DNA of 64,000 nucleotides from Trichormus sp. ATA11-4-KO1. GTDB taxonomy: Bacteria; Cyanobacteriota; Cyanobacteriia; Cyanobacteriales; Nostocaceae. Under the pieces are notes generated by a model that saw only the letters and a program-made list of their open reading frames with translations, was not told where the DNA came from and did no database searches. Numbering within the stretch: the stretch's first letter is position 1; each line of letters begins with the position of its first letter. Below are positions 20,945 through 32,406 of the stretch, piece after piece. The DNA is taken from positions 352,001-416,000 of the forward strand of contig JAHHIM010000036.1 of assembly GCA_019358915.1 (NCBI GenBank), given 5' to 3'. The position numbers and the translations under genes were made by a program.

Positions 20945-22954
20945 CTACTGAGGAAAGTAAGCAATAATCATTGCCACTTGGGGGTGGCTACGAGCGATCG
21001 CCTCTGGTGCATGGCCGAGAAGTGAAAATAGTTGATTTTTCTGCTCAACTGTGCCATTTAACAATAGCAAATCATTGGGTTTAAGTAATCGAGAAACTTG
21101 CCGGACAAAGTTACCGCGCACCCTTTGAATTGGTGTATCTGGTGGTAATCCAGTATCAGTCAGTTCTACAGTTGCTCCTCGTACTGATATTACTTGTAAC
21201 AATTGTAAAGATGCTTTGAGTTCCGTCGCCAAACTTTTGGCTAATTCAATACTCTGACCAAAAGAACTAGCATAAGTCTGTTGGGTAGTAAACGCCAGAA
21301 ATACTCGTGCTGTATGCTCAATTGGTAATGGGAATCGAGTTACTAAAACAGGAACTGAACTACGTTGCACAATTTTATCAATGACACCACCAAATAAATT
21401 TTCTTGATAAGTGGAGTAACCCTTCCAACCGCAGACAATCACACTCGCCTGCTTCTCTTCTGCTACGCGGGCAATACCCTTATCAATTGATTCATCAATC
21501 CGACCAATAGGGATGACATTGGCAACCGCAGCATGAGCAATCATTTCTGCTGTTGATAATAATTGGCTTTGTCTGGCTTTGTCTTCTGGAGAGATAGGGG
21601 CATTTTGTTCAAGTAAAATGTGGAGGGGTAACAAAGTGCCCGTAGATGATTTTGCTAGGAGGATGGCTAACTGAAGCAAATTATCTTCAGTGCTGGGGTT
21701 AGCAACTGGAACTAAAACGCGATCGCCTATACTGCCTGAATTTGGGGTTTGAGTAATAGATTCTCCTGGCTTGAGTTTTTGCCCCCACTGGGCTGTTACC
21801 CAAGGAGAAGCAACACAAGTAACTAAGATCATGGCGATCGTGCCATTTACTGTTAATTGATCAACCAACTCGATATTATAAGCAACGGTAATTGCTGCTA
21901 GAGTCGAGGCTGCCTGAGCTACCGATAGCCCAAACATCACCATAATATTGTCAAAGTTGAATCCAAATAACTTGCCTGCGCCCCAAGCAGGAATATATTT
22001 AGAAATAATAGCGGCAGCCACCATCACACCTGATACTACCAGCGATCGCGGTTCTTGAATCAAAATACCGGGATTGACCAACATCCCTACAGAAATTAGG
22101 AAAAATGGCACAAATAGCGTATTGCCGATAAATTGAATCCGATTCATCAGGGGGCTAAGTTGCGGGATCAGTTGGGTAATGGCAACTCCAGCTAAAAAAG
22201 CACCGATTATTGGCTCAATCTGGACTAATTCTGCCCCATAGGAAACGACAAATAAGGTAGCCAAAACAAAGGTAAACTCTGCCCCTTCATCGTGTCCAAA
22301 GCGCTGAAAAAACCAACGTCCGAGGCGAGGTAGTCCCCACAGGATCAAGAAGGTGTAGATAATCAATGAGGGAATCAGGAATAGCCAAAACTCTAAAGTT
22401 AAACTACCTTCATGCGCTCTCACTACTACTGCTAACACTAACAGTGCCAGAATATTGGTGATTAACGTTCCTCCCAGAGTAGTCGTCATGACCTGCGATC
22501 GCATAATTCCCAGTTTGCTGGCTACAGGTAATGCCAGTAAAGTATGGGAAGCGAAACAAGATGCGACTAGAATAGCTGGCAACAAATCGTAGCCGATAGC
22601 CATCATCGCTCCAGTACCTAAGGCCATTGGCACCAAAAAAGTCGCCAGTCCAAAAATAACTGCCTTATCAGCGTTAAATTTCATGTCATCCAGGCTAGTT
22701 TCCAGTCCTGCCATAAACATGAGAAATAACAAACCTACCGTACCCAGCAGCACAATTGTGTTATCTCGTGCCAATAATCCCAGCCCATTTGGCCCGACTA
22801 CGACTCCTGCCAAAATTAATCCCACAATCCCAGGTAGCCGGATTTTTTCAAACAGCAGGGGGGCAATGAGCATAATCCCCAAAATCATCAGAAAAACTGG
22901 TACCGGGTCTTTAATCGGTGTAGAAATTAGGGTAGTCATTAAAAAATCAGTCAT
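20945..22954 (-). CDS. Cation:proton antiporter (CPA2) with C-terminal USP-like domain
   Basis: RLPGIVGLILAG, MFMAGLE and IIGAFLAG motifs, many TM helices, then RVLVPVANP USP domain. Confidence 0.9.
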   Translation of the reverse strand: MTDFLMTTLISTPIKDPVPVFLMILGIMLIAPLLFEKIRLPGIVGLILAGVVVGPNGLGLLARDNTIVLLGTVGLLFLMFMAGLETSLDDMKFNADKAVIFGLATFLVPMALGTGAMMAIGYDLLPAILVASCFASHTLLALPVASKLGIMRSQVMTTTLGGTLITNILALLVLAVVVRAHEGSLTLEFWLFLIPSLIIYTFLILWGLPRLGRWFFQRFGHDEGAEFTFVLATLFVVSYGAELVQIEPIIGAFLAGVAITQLIPQLSPLMNRIQFIGNTLFVPFFLISVGMLVNPGILIQEPRSLVVSGVMVAAAIISKYIPAWGAGKLFGFNFDNIMVMFGLSVAQAASTLAAITVAYNIELVDQLTVNGTIAMILVTCVASPWVTAQWGQKLKPGESITQTPNSGSIGDRVLVPVANPSTEDNLLQLAILLAKSSTGTLLPLHILLEQNAPISPEDKARQSQLLSTAEMIAHAAVANVIPIGRIDESIDKGIARVAEEKQASVIVCGWKGYSTYQENLFGGVIDKIVQRSSVPVLVTRFPLPIEHTARVFLAFTTQQTYASSFGQSIELAKSLATELKASLQLLQVISVRGATVELTDTGLPPDTPIQRVRGNFVRQVSRLLKPNDLLLLNGTVEQKNQLFSLLGHAPEAIARSHPQVAMIIAYFPQ

Positions 22955-23438
22955 ACTCTGCCCTCAGGTTACGATATCTACGCTAAGCTACGCTAACGCA
23001 TCTGGTTTCATAGCTGTTTTCAGGCACTATAGTTAGTTGCACTGACTCAAATATTAGTACCTCCTCAAAACTTCAATCACATTAACAGTGTTTTAGATAC
23101 GTATTTTTTTACTGGCGATTGGGGATTTGCGACTACTGATTGGGTACTAGGCTACTCTTTAAAAGTGCATCAAAGTTAATATTAATATTAATTTTTACTA
23201 GATAAACAGTTAAATATTTTTAAAGTCATACAAATTATTTTTCAGTAAATTACTCCTGATATCTGCCATATCAAAATTAATAGAATAAATACACTAACTA
23301 AAGTCGTATTTTTCTATCAAGCCTTGGCATTTTTAACTTATTTTTGGAGACTATTAACAATTAGTTAGGGTATATGTTTCAGTTTTAAATAATGGTATTA
23401 TATCCATTAATTGTAGTTTTGAGTAATTGCATAAAAGC

Positions 23439-23514
23439 TATAGCAATCATATTTGATTTGCAAACAGCGAAAGGCTCAGATCCCAGACTTCTCCAAGAAG
23501 TCTGGGATCTTTTT
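23439..23514. repeat. Dispersed hairpin repeat / likely dxs terminator
   Basis: ATAGCAATCATATTTGATTTG end, then the perfect stem AGATCCCAGACTTCT-CCA-AGAAGTCTGGGATCT. Confidence 0.55.
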
Positions 23515-23544
23515 GTCTAATTCGATTTGCTCAAAAACTGTTAA

Positions 23545-25452
23545 CTAGATAACAGTAGATAGTTGCAGATGAAAGAAAGCGTCCATAACTCTTTCAGCTA
23601 TTTGACGGCTAGTTAGACCTAATTCTGCCTTAGATTCATCCGGTGTAGCATGGTCTACCAACACATCCGGTACACCAATACGCTTGACTGGAACCACAAC
23701 ATCGGCATCTAATAAAGCTTCTGCCACCGCAGAACCAAAGCCACCCATGACACAGCCTTCTTCTAAGGTAACGACACGGCCAATTTGCTTCGCTAAAGGC
23801 AAAATTAATTCAGTATCCAAGGGCTTGACAAACCGGGCATTAATCACAGTTGCTTCGATGCCGTGTTCGCTGAGAATTTCCGCCGCTTGCATACTGGGAT
23901 AAACCATTGTGCCGTAGCCGATAATTAACACATCATCCCCATGACGCAGAATTTCTCCTTTGCCGATGTCCAGGGGTTCCCAGCCTTCTTCCATCAAGGG
24001 GACACCATAGCCGTTGCCACGAGGGAAGCGCATGGCTATTGGCCCACTGGTGTGGTTAATGCCAGTCACTACCATGCGTTGCAGTTCGGCTTCGTCTTTG
24101 GGTGCCATCATTACCATGTTGGGAATGCAACGCAGATAGGCAATGTCATACATACCTTGGTGAGTAGGTCCATCAGCACCAACGATTCCTGCCCTGTCTA
24201 GGCAGAAGAACACAGGTAGGTTTTGGATACAGACATCATGAATAATCTGGTCGTAAGCCCGTTGTAAGAAGGTGGAGTAGATAGCGGCAACAGGGCGCAT
24301 TCCTTCTGTTGCCAGTCCCGCAGCTAGGGTGACAGCATGTTGTTCGGCAATGCCGACATCAATATATTGATTAGGTAGTTTGGCTTGGAGTTTATCTAAA
24401 CCTGTTCCTGTGGCCATTGCTGCCGTAATCCCAATAATTTTGGGGTTTTGTTCCGCCAGTTTGACTAGGGTGTGGGAAAAGACTTTGGCATAAGCGGGGG
24501 GTTTGGGTTTGCTAGAAGGAACAGCTTTACCAGTTGTTAGGTTAAATGGACTTTGGGCGTGGTAGCCTACTTGGTCTTGTTCAGCAATTTCGTATCCCTT
24601 ACCCTTGACTGTAGCTACATGCACCAAAACTGGCCCTGTGATTTCATGCGCCTGTTGGAAGGTGGCAATTAATTCCTCTAAGTTATGCCCATCCACTGGC
24701 CCGATATAGGTAAAGCCTAATTCTTCAAAAACAGCGCCTACCTTGGGAACAGCTAAACGCTTCATTCCTTCTTTGATGCGTCCGAGTTCGGGAGATAAGG
24801 ATTCACCGACAAAAGGAATTTGTTTAAGCTGTTCCTCAAAGTTATCTTTAATAAACTGCACCGGTGGACTAAGACGCATTTTATTGAGATAACGGGGAAT
24901 CGCGCCTACATTGGGAGATATGGACATTTCATTGTCATTGAGAACAACTAGCAAGTTCGTTTTAGGCAAGTGTCCTGCATGGTTAATAGCTTCTAAAGCC
25001 ATACCTCCAGTTAAGGCACCATCACCAATGACTGCTACTGCTTTAAATTTTTCCCCCTTCATCTCTCCAGCTAAAGCCATGCCTAATGCTGCGGAAATAC
25101 TGGTAGAAGCATGTCCTGCGCCAAAGTGATCGAACTTGCTTTCACAGCGCTTGAGATAACCAGCAATTCCTGATTTTTGCCTGAGGGTATGAAAGTTGCT
25201 GTAGCGTCCTGTAAGTAGTTTGTGGGGATAAGCTTGGTGTCCGACATCCCAAATGACTTTATCCCGATCCAAGTCCAGCGTCTGGTAAAGCCCTAGTGTT
25301 AACTCTACAACTCCTAAACCTGGCCCCAGATGCCCCCCAGTTGCTGCTACGGTTTGTAGGTGCTTGTCTCGAATCTGACGAGCAATTTGTTGCAATTGCC
25401 GGATTGACAAACCATGCAACTGGTTAGGATGGGTGATTTCACTCAGATGCAT
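23545..25452 (-). CDS. dxs: 1-deoxy-D-xylulose-5-phosphate synthase
   Basis: [48 protein letters not shown] and DGPTHQG motifs. Confidence 0.98.
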   Translation of the reverse strand: MHLSEITHPNQLHGLSIRQLQQIARQIRDKHLQTVAATGGHLGPGLGVVELTLGLYQTLDLDRDKVIWDVGHQAYPHKLLTGRYSNFHTLRQKSGIAGYLKRCESKFDHFGAGHASTSISAALGMALAGEMKGEKFKAVAVIGDGALTGGMALEAINHAGHLPKTNLLVVLNDNEMSISPNVGAIPRYLNKMRLSPPVQFIKDNFEEQLKQIPFVGESLSPELGRIKEGMKRLAVPKVGAVFEELGFTYIGPVDGHNLEELIATFQQAHEITGPVLVHVATVKGKGYEIAEQDQVGYHAQSPFNLTTGKAVPSSKPKPPAYAKVFSHTLVKLAEQNPKIIGITAAMATGTGLDKLQAKLPNQYIDVGIAEQHAVTLAAGLATEGMRPVAAIYSTFLQRAYDQIIHDVCIQNLPVFFCLDRAGIVGADGPTHQGMYDIAYLRCIPNMVMMAPKDEAELQRMVVTGINHTSGPIAMRFPRGNGYGVPLMEEGWEPLDIGKGEILRHGDDVLIIGYGTMVYPSMQAAEILSEHGIEATVINARFVKPLDTELILPLAKQIGRVVTLEEGCVMGGFGSAVAEALLDADVVVPVKRIGVPDVLVDHATPDESKAELGLTSRQIAERVMDAFFHLQLSTVI

Positions 25453-25596
25453 ATTATAAAGTGTTCCTCTCTAAAGTCTACTTCTAGCATTATTTGATTT
25501 TCCCACGGTGGGGATGTCTCCAGATACTGTATTTGGGGGAGTGGGAAGAAAAGGAGATGGGGGGATGGGGAGAAGAACTTAATATTAGTAATCTCT

Positions 25597-25629
25597 CCTT
25601 GTCCCCTTGTCCTCTTGTCCCCTTGTCCT
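25597..25629. repeat. Octamer tandem repeat (CCTTGTCC)n
   Basis: CCTTGTCCCCTTGTCCTCTTGTCCCCTTGTCC; same unit as at 61758-61802. Confidence 0.7.
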
Positions 25630-26309
25630 CAACTTTCTGGACGTGGGGGAACACCAGGAACTACTGGTGTTTCTGGTAATGGTTGCTGTCTTTGTAAATA
25701 CTGATTCAGTAAATATGCCATGTCTCCACGGGTCATTGGTCGTAACGGAGCAATATTATTTTGGTCATCTGTGTTGATAAATCCTTCTGCTACAACTGTG
25801 GCGATCGCTCTTCTAGCCCATGTGGGAATAGAGGCAGCATCTGGATGTGGGGCAAGAATTTCATTTACACTATCATCGGAAAACTGAAATACACCATAAG
25901 CTTGGGCGAAAATAGCTATACCTTCTGCCCTTGTTACTCTTTGGTTAGGAAAAAACAAATTTCCTCTATAGCCTTTCATGATATCGGTTTTAAGAACTGT
26001 TTGAATATCATTAAATGCCCAATGAGAACGAGGAACATCAGGTACAGATATTGCTTCTTGTTGTTTAACAGATTCGCGTTTATCTAGGTAAAATGCTTTC
26101 ACTAAAATTGCTGCTAGTTCTGCACGATTAATCAACCTTTCTGGATAAAATTTTCCATCAGGTGAATTCGTCATTAATTTGGCTGTAATTACTTTTTGAA
26201 TTGCGGCTTCATCTATTCCAGTTGAAGGTTCTATAGCTCTAACTCTAACAATTGGTGTCAGGTTTTGGAGTAGTAAGACTAAGGAAAGAGTCCCTAACAA
26301 TTTTCGCAT
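25629..26309 (-). CDS. SLH-domain protein
   Basis: Signal peptide; FYPERLINRAE, PDVPRSHWA, FFPNQRVTRAE and PLRPMTRGD SLH repeats. The start could be as far up as 26342. Confidence 0.85.
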   Translation of the reverse strand: MRKLLGTLSLVLLLQNLTPIVRVRAIEPSTGIDEAAIQKVITAKLMTNSPDGKFYPERLINRAELAAILVKAFYLDKRESVKQQEAISVPDVPRSHWAFNDIQTVLKTDIMKGYRGNLFFPNQRVTRAEGIAIFAQAYGVFQFSDDSVNEILAPHPDAASIPTWARRAIATVVAEGFINTDDQNNIAPLRPMTRGDMAYLLNQYLQRQQPLPETPVVPGVPPRPES

Positions 26310-26965
26310 ATTTATCACGGTTTTCATTTTGCTACTCTGCATCTAAAAACAACTGAGCTACTAACTTTTGTTGGTGATACTCAGAATCTTGACTTGAGCT
26401 ATGGTGACGCATTTTAGCTTGATAAAGTTGCCCTTTTTCGATATGAAATTAAGTAAATAAATTATAACTTATGACTCATTATATATCTCTAAGTCCTATT
26501 TTTGTTCAAGTTTTTGGCAAATTACAATTGTAATTAGGTTATTTTTTTGAGTTAGGACGAATAGTTTATTTTAACTAATTTTACTTGAATATTTCAGACT
26601 TTTATTGTGCATATTCAGCCAAAAAAATTCACTAATTTAAAATGCCAAATCACAATAGGCATAGTATGGTCAACTCCAGTGTAGGGCAGTTAAAATTACA
26701 TACTAAAAATTCGGAATTAATCTCAAGTAATCATGATAACAATACTAAAATTTATTTTACGTAGGATTAACTTTTAGATTCAAGCTAGATAGACATTATA
26801 ACTTAACAGGCATCAAGCTGTTGTGTAACTAATAAATCACGTAATGTGCGGAAATGATGGAAAATTCTGCGTAAGTGAATTTTGAATTGCCTAGGATGTA
26901 GTATAGTCGGCCGTGATAGAACCATCTATTCAGTCCATTTAGTCAATATTTCAGGAGTTTTGGGA

Positions 26966-27676
26966 ATGAGCGCAACAGTAGACCCCGTAAAGTTGATGAA
27001 GCAAGAAGTTGGCAAAGCCGCCGCCGCCCTGGTAAAATCAGGCTCGATTGTCGGGTTGGGTACGGGGTCAACCACAGCCTATACAATTCAATTTTTAGGC
27101 GATCGCCTCAAGTCTGGTGAACTTAAAGATATTGTAGGAATCCCTACGTCTTTTCAATCAGAAGTTTTGGCAAAAGAATACGGCGTTCCTCTCACCACCT
27201 TAGATGCAGTTGACCACATTGATATTGCCATTGATGGAGCTGATGAAGTTGACCCCAAGAAGAATTTAATCAAAGGTGGCGGTGCTGCACACACCCGCGA
27301 AAAAGTAGTTGATTACTTGGCAGAGCAATTTATCGTCGTGGTAGATAGTGGTAAGTTAGTAGAGCGTTTGGGTTCTACTTTTGCCGTACCTGTAGAAGTA
27401 ATACCAATGGCCATTACCCCTGTTACTAATGCCATTAAAAAACTCGGTGGAAAGCCTGAACTCCGCATGGGTATAAAAAAAGCTGGGCCAGTCATCACTG
27501 ACCAAGGTAACATGGTATTAGATGTCAGATTTGACTCAATTGATGACCCAGTTAACCTAGAGAAAACCCTGAATAATATTCCCGGCGTTTTGGAAAATGG
27601 GATTTTTGTCAATTGTGCAGATTTAGTTTTAGTTGGTGAAGTTAAAGACGGTCAGCCTTTAGTGCGGCAATTGTAA
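26966..27676 (+). CDS. rpiA: Ribose-5-phosphate isomerase A
   Basis: GLGTGST, DGADEVD and [11 protein letters not shown] motifs; ATG at 26966 after AGGAG. Confidence 0.97.
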   Translation: MSATVDPVKLMKQEVGKAAAALVKSGSIVGLGTGSTTAYTIQFLGDRLKSGELKDIVGIPTSFQSEVLAKEYGVPLTTLDAVDHIDIAIDGADEVDPKKNLIKGGGAAHTREKVVDYLAEQFIVVVDSGKLVERLGSTFAVPVEVIPMAITPVTNAIKKLGGKPELRMGIKKAGPVITDQGNMVLDVRFDSIDDPVNLEKTLNNIPGVLENGIFVNCADLVLVGEVKDGQPLVRQL

Positions 27677-27745
27677 GAGAGGAGTGGGGAGCGGGAGCAA
27701 GAAGGAGATTACTCACTAATCTTTCCCCTAATCCCTACTCTCTAC

Positions 27746-28024
27746 TCACTTATTCCCATGACTCGGACAGGGAGGTGCAGAAATAGAGCGATCTAACCAG
27801 CCAACGGCTTGTTCTAATCTAGCGATCGCTTCTTGTGGCTGCTCCTTCAGAAGATATAAAACAGCAGCAGCAGCTTGTTCACTAGCGCGGGAATTGCGGT
27901 TAGACTTGAGGCGATGCCAATCATTAGGGGAAATGCTGAGTCTTTCCATGAGGGCTTGGGCTAGTTCTAAAGTGCTAAATTCACTTAATTGACTGGTTTT
28001 AGGAAGCTGGGTAGGTTGAGACAT
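27746..28024 (-). CDS. Conserved cyanobacterial hypothetical protein
   Basis: DWHRLKSNRNSRASEQ...LEQAVGWLDRSISAPPCPSHG motif, typical of a small cyanobacterial family (DUF6439-like). Confidence 0.75.
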   Translation of the reverse strand: MSQPTQLPKTSQLSEFSTLELAQALMERLSISPNDWHRLKSNRNSRASEQAAAAVLYLLKEQPQEAIARLEQAVGWLDRSISAPPCPSHGNK

Positions 28025-28104
28025 GATTTTAAGTGCTCAGTGCTGAGTCAGGAGTTAGAATCTTGACCATTGGTTAGCATTTAATCATAGTTTACTACCT
28101 GAAA

Positions 28105-28467
28105 ATGAAGCCGCCTAAACAATCACAGTCGCCAGGGGAAAATCAGGAACCTGATTTTGAGCAAGAACTAGAGGATGTAGAGCGATCGCTTATATCTTTG
28201 AAAGAAAGATACACTCAAGTGCAACGAGATCGTCAGCAACAGGCACAATGGCAACAGCGTCGCCACGAATTGCAACAAAATAAACACCAGACACCAGAAA
28301 TTAAAGCCGAGTTGCAGCACATTCAACAGCAGTTGGAAGTGCTAGAAATAAACTTAGAAAGCCAGCTATTTTCTTGGCGTAGTCTGAAAAAACCTTTCTG
28401 GCAAGCCGTCCGCTTTGGTGGAATGGGCGTTATTATAGGCTGGATATTAAAGTCCTGTGTTGGGTAA
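28105..28467 (+). CDS. Coiled-coil protein with C-terminal membrane anchor
   Basis: Q/E-rich coiled coil, [19 protein letters not shown] tail; 2 nt before asnS. Confidence 0.75.
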   Translation: MKPPKQSQSPGENQEPDFEQELEDVERSLISLKERYTQVQRDRQQQAQWQQRRHELQQNKHQTPEIKAELQHIQQQLEVLEINLESQLFSWRSLKKPFWQAVRFGGMGVIIGWILKSCVG

Positions 28468-28469
28468 AT

Positions 28470-29861
28470 ATGGTAAATCGTCGAATTGCAGAAATATTGC
28501 CAAGTGGTCAACCTGATGAGTCTTTCGTGGTTCAAGGCTGGGTAAGAACGAAACGCGAGTTAAAAGGGTTTGCTTTTATAGAAGTCAATGACGGCTCATC
28601 ACTAGCTAATTTGCAAGTCGTCATCAATCAGGATTTGCCAGGTTACGCAGAAATCATCAAACAGCTGAATACAGGCGCTGCTGTTGAGGTGAGTGGGGTA
28701 CTAGTGGCTTCTCAAGGTAAAGGACAGCGCATTGAGTTAAAAGCCGAAGCTGTGAAAGTCTACGGGGAAGCTGATCCCGAAACATATCCACTGCAAAAGA
28801 AACGCCACTCATTTGAATTTTTACGCACCATTGGACACTTGCGATCGCGGACTAATTCCTTTGGTGCAGTTTTCCGCGTCAGAAATGCCTGTTCTACAGC
28901 AATTCACCAATTCTTCCAAGAAAGAGGCTTTTTGTGGGTACATACACCCGTAATTACTGCTAACGACTGCGAAGGTGCGGGTGAACTTTTTAGCGTTACT
29001 AGCTTGGATCTTCAGAATATTCCCCGCACAGAAAACCAAGCCATAGATTACACCCAAGACTTTTTTGGTAAACCCACGTATTTAACAGTTAGTGGTCAGT
29101 TGGAAGCGGAAGTTATGGCTATGGCGTTTAGCAACGTCTACACCTTCGGCCCGACATTCCGTGCAGAAAATTCCAATACGTCCCGCCACCTAGCAGAATT
29201 TTGGATGGTCGAGCCAGAAATGGCTTTTTGTGACCTAGATGGCAATATGGATTTAGCTGAAGCATTTCTCAAACACGTTTTCCAATATGTGTTGGAAAAA
29301 TGCCCAGAAGACATGGAATTTTTCAATCAACGTATTGATAATACTGTATTAGCAACAGCCGATAATATTATTAATAATCAATTTGAGCGCTTAACTTATA
29401 CAGAAGCAGTCAAACTTTTAGAAAAAGCCGATATTAAGTTTGAATATCCAGTAAGTTGGGGTTTAGATTTACAATCAGAACACGAACGCTACCTAGCAGA
29501 ACAACTGTTTAAAAAACCTGTAATTGTCACAGATTATCCAGCGCAAATCAAAGCCTTTTATATGCGGTTGAATGATGATGAGAATACCGTGCGCGCCATG
29601 GATATTCTTGCACCTAAAATTGGCGAAATTATTGGTGGTTCCCAACGGGAAGAACGCCTAGATGTACTAGAACGCCGGATATTAGCGCAAGGAATGCAGC
29701 CAGAAGATTTGTGGTGGTATTTGGATTTACGCCGTTATGGTACTGTTCCTCACGCTGGTTTTGGTTTAGGGTTTGAAAGACTTGTGCAATTTATGACGGG
29801 TATGGGAAATATCCGCGATGTCATCCCGTTCCCCCGGACACCACAAAGCGCGGAGTTTTAG
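28470..29861 (+). CDS. asnS: Asparagine--tRNA ligase
   Basis: OB fold; [35 protein letters not shown] and [11 protein letters not shown] motifs. Confidence 0.98.
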   Translation: MVNRRIAEILPSGQPDESFVVQGWVRTKRELKGFAFIEVNDGSSLANLQVVINQDLPGYAEIIKQLNTGAAVEVSGVLVASQGKGQRIELKAEAVKVYGEADPETYPLQKKRHSFEFLRTIGHLRSRTNSFGAVFRVRNACSTAIHQFFQERGFLWVHTPVITANDCEGAGELFSVTSLDLQNIPRTENQAIDYTQDFFGKPTYLTVSGQLEAEVMAMAFSNVYTFGPTFRAENSNTSRHLAEFWMVEPEMAFCDLDGNMDLAEAFLKHVFQYVLEKCPEDMEFFNQRIDNTVLATADNIINNQFERLTYTEAVKLLEKADIKFEYPVSWGLDLQSEHERYLAEQLFKKPVIVTDYPAQIKAFYMRLNDDENTVRAMDILAPKIGEIIGGSQREERLDVLERRILAQGMQPEDLWWYLDLRRYGTVPHAGFGLGFERLVQFMTGMGNIRDVIPFPRTPQSAEF

Positions 29862-29992
29862 CAGCAGTTTTATATAATTCACGTAACTACACAAACATCT
29901 GCCAGCGCGGGTTTTTGTGTTTAGTACAAGCAGTAGAGATTATCCTAGATAAAGAGAGATAAAGCCAAACATAAATCAAATGGGATGATTGT

Positions 29993-30250
29993 ATGAGTAA
30001 AATATTAACAATTCAGTTGTCAGATGAGCTAGAACATCAATTAACAATTCAAGCTGAAAAATTAAATATATCTTTAGAGGAATTAATTCTACAATCATTG
30101 GCTAAATCACTACAGTTCAAGAATCCTCATGAAGAAGATCCGATTTTGCCGCTATTGGGTACATTAAGATTTGAGAATTCTGCTCTTGGAGAGAATCACG
30201 ATCATTATCTCCAAGAGAGTTTACATCAGGAGTTGAGAATTGCCGAATAA
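29993..30250 (+). CDS. Putative type II antitoxin (RHH/CopG-like)
   Basis: LTIQLSDEL...A..LNISLEEL N-terminus and DPILPLLGTL...GENHDHYL C-terminus; overlaps the start of the PIN gene. Confidence 0.7.
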   Translation: MSKILTIQLSDELEHQLTIQAEKLNISLEELILQSLAKSLQFKNPHEEDPILPLLGTLRFENSALGENHDHYLQESLHQELRIAE

Positions 30251-30551
30251 AGTTTTTATAGATACATCAGGGTGGGCTAATTTATTTGTTGCTACTGAAT
30301 CTTACCATGAACAAGCAAAACAGTGGTTTCAGCAAGCACGACGGCAAAATTTAGAGATGATCACAACCAATTATGTTGTGATTGAATTGGTTGCTTTGCT
30401 AAATAGCCCATTGCGTGTACCTCGTTTAAAGTTATTTCAATATGTGGATGCTGTGAGAACTGCTCACTATCTCAGCTTAATTTATATTGATGCAGCCATA
30501 GACACAGCAGCTTGGAATCTCCTGAAAACAAGAGAAGATAAAACAAACTAA
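30240..30551 (+). pseudogene. vapC: VapC/PIN toxin, C-terminally truncated
   Basis: VFIDTSGW and TTNYVVIE PIN motifs present, but only 103 aa; ends at REDK, before the usual SLVDC...TxD segment. Confidence 0.7.
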
Positions 30552-32278
30552 AAACCCAGGTCAGCTTTGGCTAATTCAGCCGCAGCGAATACCTCTGCAT
30601 CTGGCTTTTCTTCCCAGGCGGGATCACCGATTTCTGCATAGAAAGTTGCGTCGTAGGGACGAGTCCGCACCACCACCGGCATGGGAACGGCATGACCTAA
30701 AATTAAGGCTTGTTGCTTAGAGTCTAACTTGGCTAATACTGACCGCAAACCACCAGCACCAGATACGCCAGTGAAAATTGCTTCAATATCTTTATCATCA
30801 TTGAGCAAAGCGGTGATGCGAGTACCAATCTGGGACATGACTTCATTATCGATTCCCGATGGACGTTGGTCTACTACTAGTAGGGTGACGAAATATTTTC
30901 GTAGTTCCCGCGCAATAGTGCCAAAGATAGTACTTTGTACCACGGCTGGGTCAAGGAAACGATGCGCCTCTTCAATGGTAATCATTAATGGTGTGGGGCG
31001 ATCGCTAGGATTTTTGCTTTGTAAGAATTTATCTGCTTTTTTAACGTAATGTTCATGAATACGTCTGGTGATCATATTAGTCACCAACATATAAGAAAGC
31101 ATATTTGACTGGGAACCAAACTCTACAACAACATTCTTCCCAGCTTCTAAGGACTGCAAAATTTTACTAATGTAATTCTGGGGGCAAACTGCTCGCATAT
31201 ACTTTAAACTATCCATGCGTAGGAGTTTGCGCTGTAATGCCATAATTGAACCTTTATGTCCCCGCTTTTCTTCGCAGAACATTTCGATTTCTTCATTAGT
31301 CATGTTCAGCAGCTGCACAATCCAAGATTTACCGAACTCGCTATACAAAATATTCGCGTTATCCAAAGCTGCATCCGATAACCCTAAGTCTCGACTACAT
31401 AACTTGATATCTTCAACTTCAATTTGTTCATAACTCAGATATAGTTCTTGAGAATCGCGCACACCCCGACGTTTTGTTGATTCGGGATCGAGGGTATAAA
31501 CTTCGACTTTACCAGGAAATAATTGTTTTAAGCCTTTAACAGTATTAACATTCTTACCTTCGGCTACCGCTTCCCAGCCATACTCAGAATGCATATCAAA
31601 AATTAAGTTTACCGCCGCACTTTTGCGAATTACCCCAGCTAAAAGTAAACGTGTGAGAAAGGATTTACCAGTACCTGATTTACCAAAAACCCCGTTACTG
31701 CGTTCAACAAAGCGATTTAAATCAATACAAATAGGCACATCCATATCTAAAGGTTTACCAATAGAAAAATTGCGCCTTTGGGGATCATCTTCCCAGCCAA
31801 ATACTTTACGAAAATCCTCAACACTTGCTTCGTAAACTTGGCTAAAGTGGCTGGGAATTGTTTTAACCGGCAGCAATTCCATTGTGGTGCTGGTTTGGGG
31901 CTGAAACGAGGCTAAATTAGTTGCTGATGCTGCGAAGGAATTGGCAGCTTTGCCATTGCTTGACGACAAAGATTCATCAGATTCGGGAGTGAACATCAAC
32001 ATCGGTGAGAGATTGACAGTACCGTATGTTCCACTACCGGCTAAAACTTCTCGTAAAAAAGTATCTTCCCAACTGGGGGGATTGGCAATAATGCGCGCAT
32101 TTGCAGTGCCCAAAGCTACATCTGTAAGCATACAGAAAAAACGCGATCGCAATCCTTGCACAACTAAAAATTTACCCACCCGCATATCTTCAACGGAAAT
32201 ATCAGGGTGTAATCGTACTTCTAATCCCCCAGTCAGAGAACCTTGTATTACCGAACCTAATGGTTGTGCCGAATTCAT
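30548..32278 (-). CDS. HerA/FtsK-like ATPase (DUF87), HAS-barrel N-terminus
   Basis: GVFGKSGTGKS Walker A, IFDMHSEY, IEEAHRF, IARELRKY and VDQRPS motifs. Confidence 0.88.
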   Translation of the reverse strand: MNSAQPLGSVIQGSLTGGLEVRLHPDISVEDMRVGKFLVVQGLRSRFFCMLTDVALGTANARIIANPPSWEDTFLREVLAGSGTYGTVNLSPMLMFTPESDESLSSSNGKAANSFAASATNLASFQPQTSTTMELLPVKTIPSHFSQVYEASVEDFRKVFGWEDDPQRRNFSIGKPLDMDVPICIDLNRFVERSNGVFGKSGTGKSFLTRLLLAGVIRKSAAVNLIFDMHSEYGWEAVAEGKNVNTVKGLKQLFPGKVEVYTLDPESTKRRGVRDSQELYLSYEQIEVEDIKLCSRDLGLSDAALDNANILYSEFGKSWIVQLLNMTNEEIEMFCEEKRGHKGSIMALQRKLLRMDSLKYMRAVCPQNYISKILQSLEAGKNVVVEFGSQSNMLSYMLVTNMITRRIHEHYVKKADKFLQSKNPSDRPTPLMITIEEAHRFLDPAVVQSTIFGTIARELRKYFVTLLVVDQRPSGIDNEVMSQIGTRITALLNDDKDIEAIFTGVSGAGGLRSVLAKLDSKQQALILGHAVPMPVVVRTRPYDATFYAEIGDPAWEEKPDAEVFAAAELAKADLGF

Positions 32279-32406
32279 TATGTTAAGTGCTTCCTTTCTG
32301 TGTGCTGAGTGGAAGTAGAGAGACTGTCATCCTGTTGAGTGTTTATCTTATGTTGAATTGTAGTTTATTCTCCCTTATCCTCCTCATCTTCGGCACACCC
32401 TATCAC

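Noticed and set aside
30548..32278. HerA-like ATPase as an anti-phage system
   Set aside because: No adjacent Sir2, nuclease or DUF partner; it resembles the widely conserved cyanobacterial HAS-barrel HerA, and the neighbouring TA pair is convergent and truncated.
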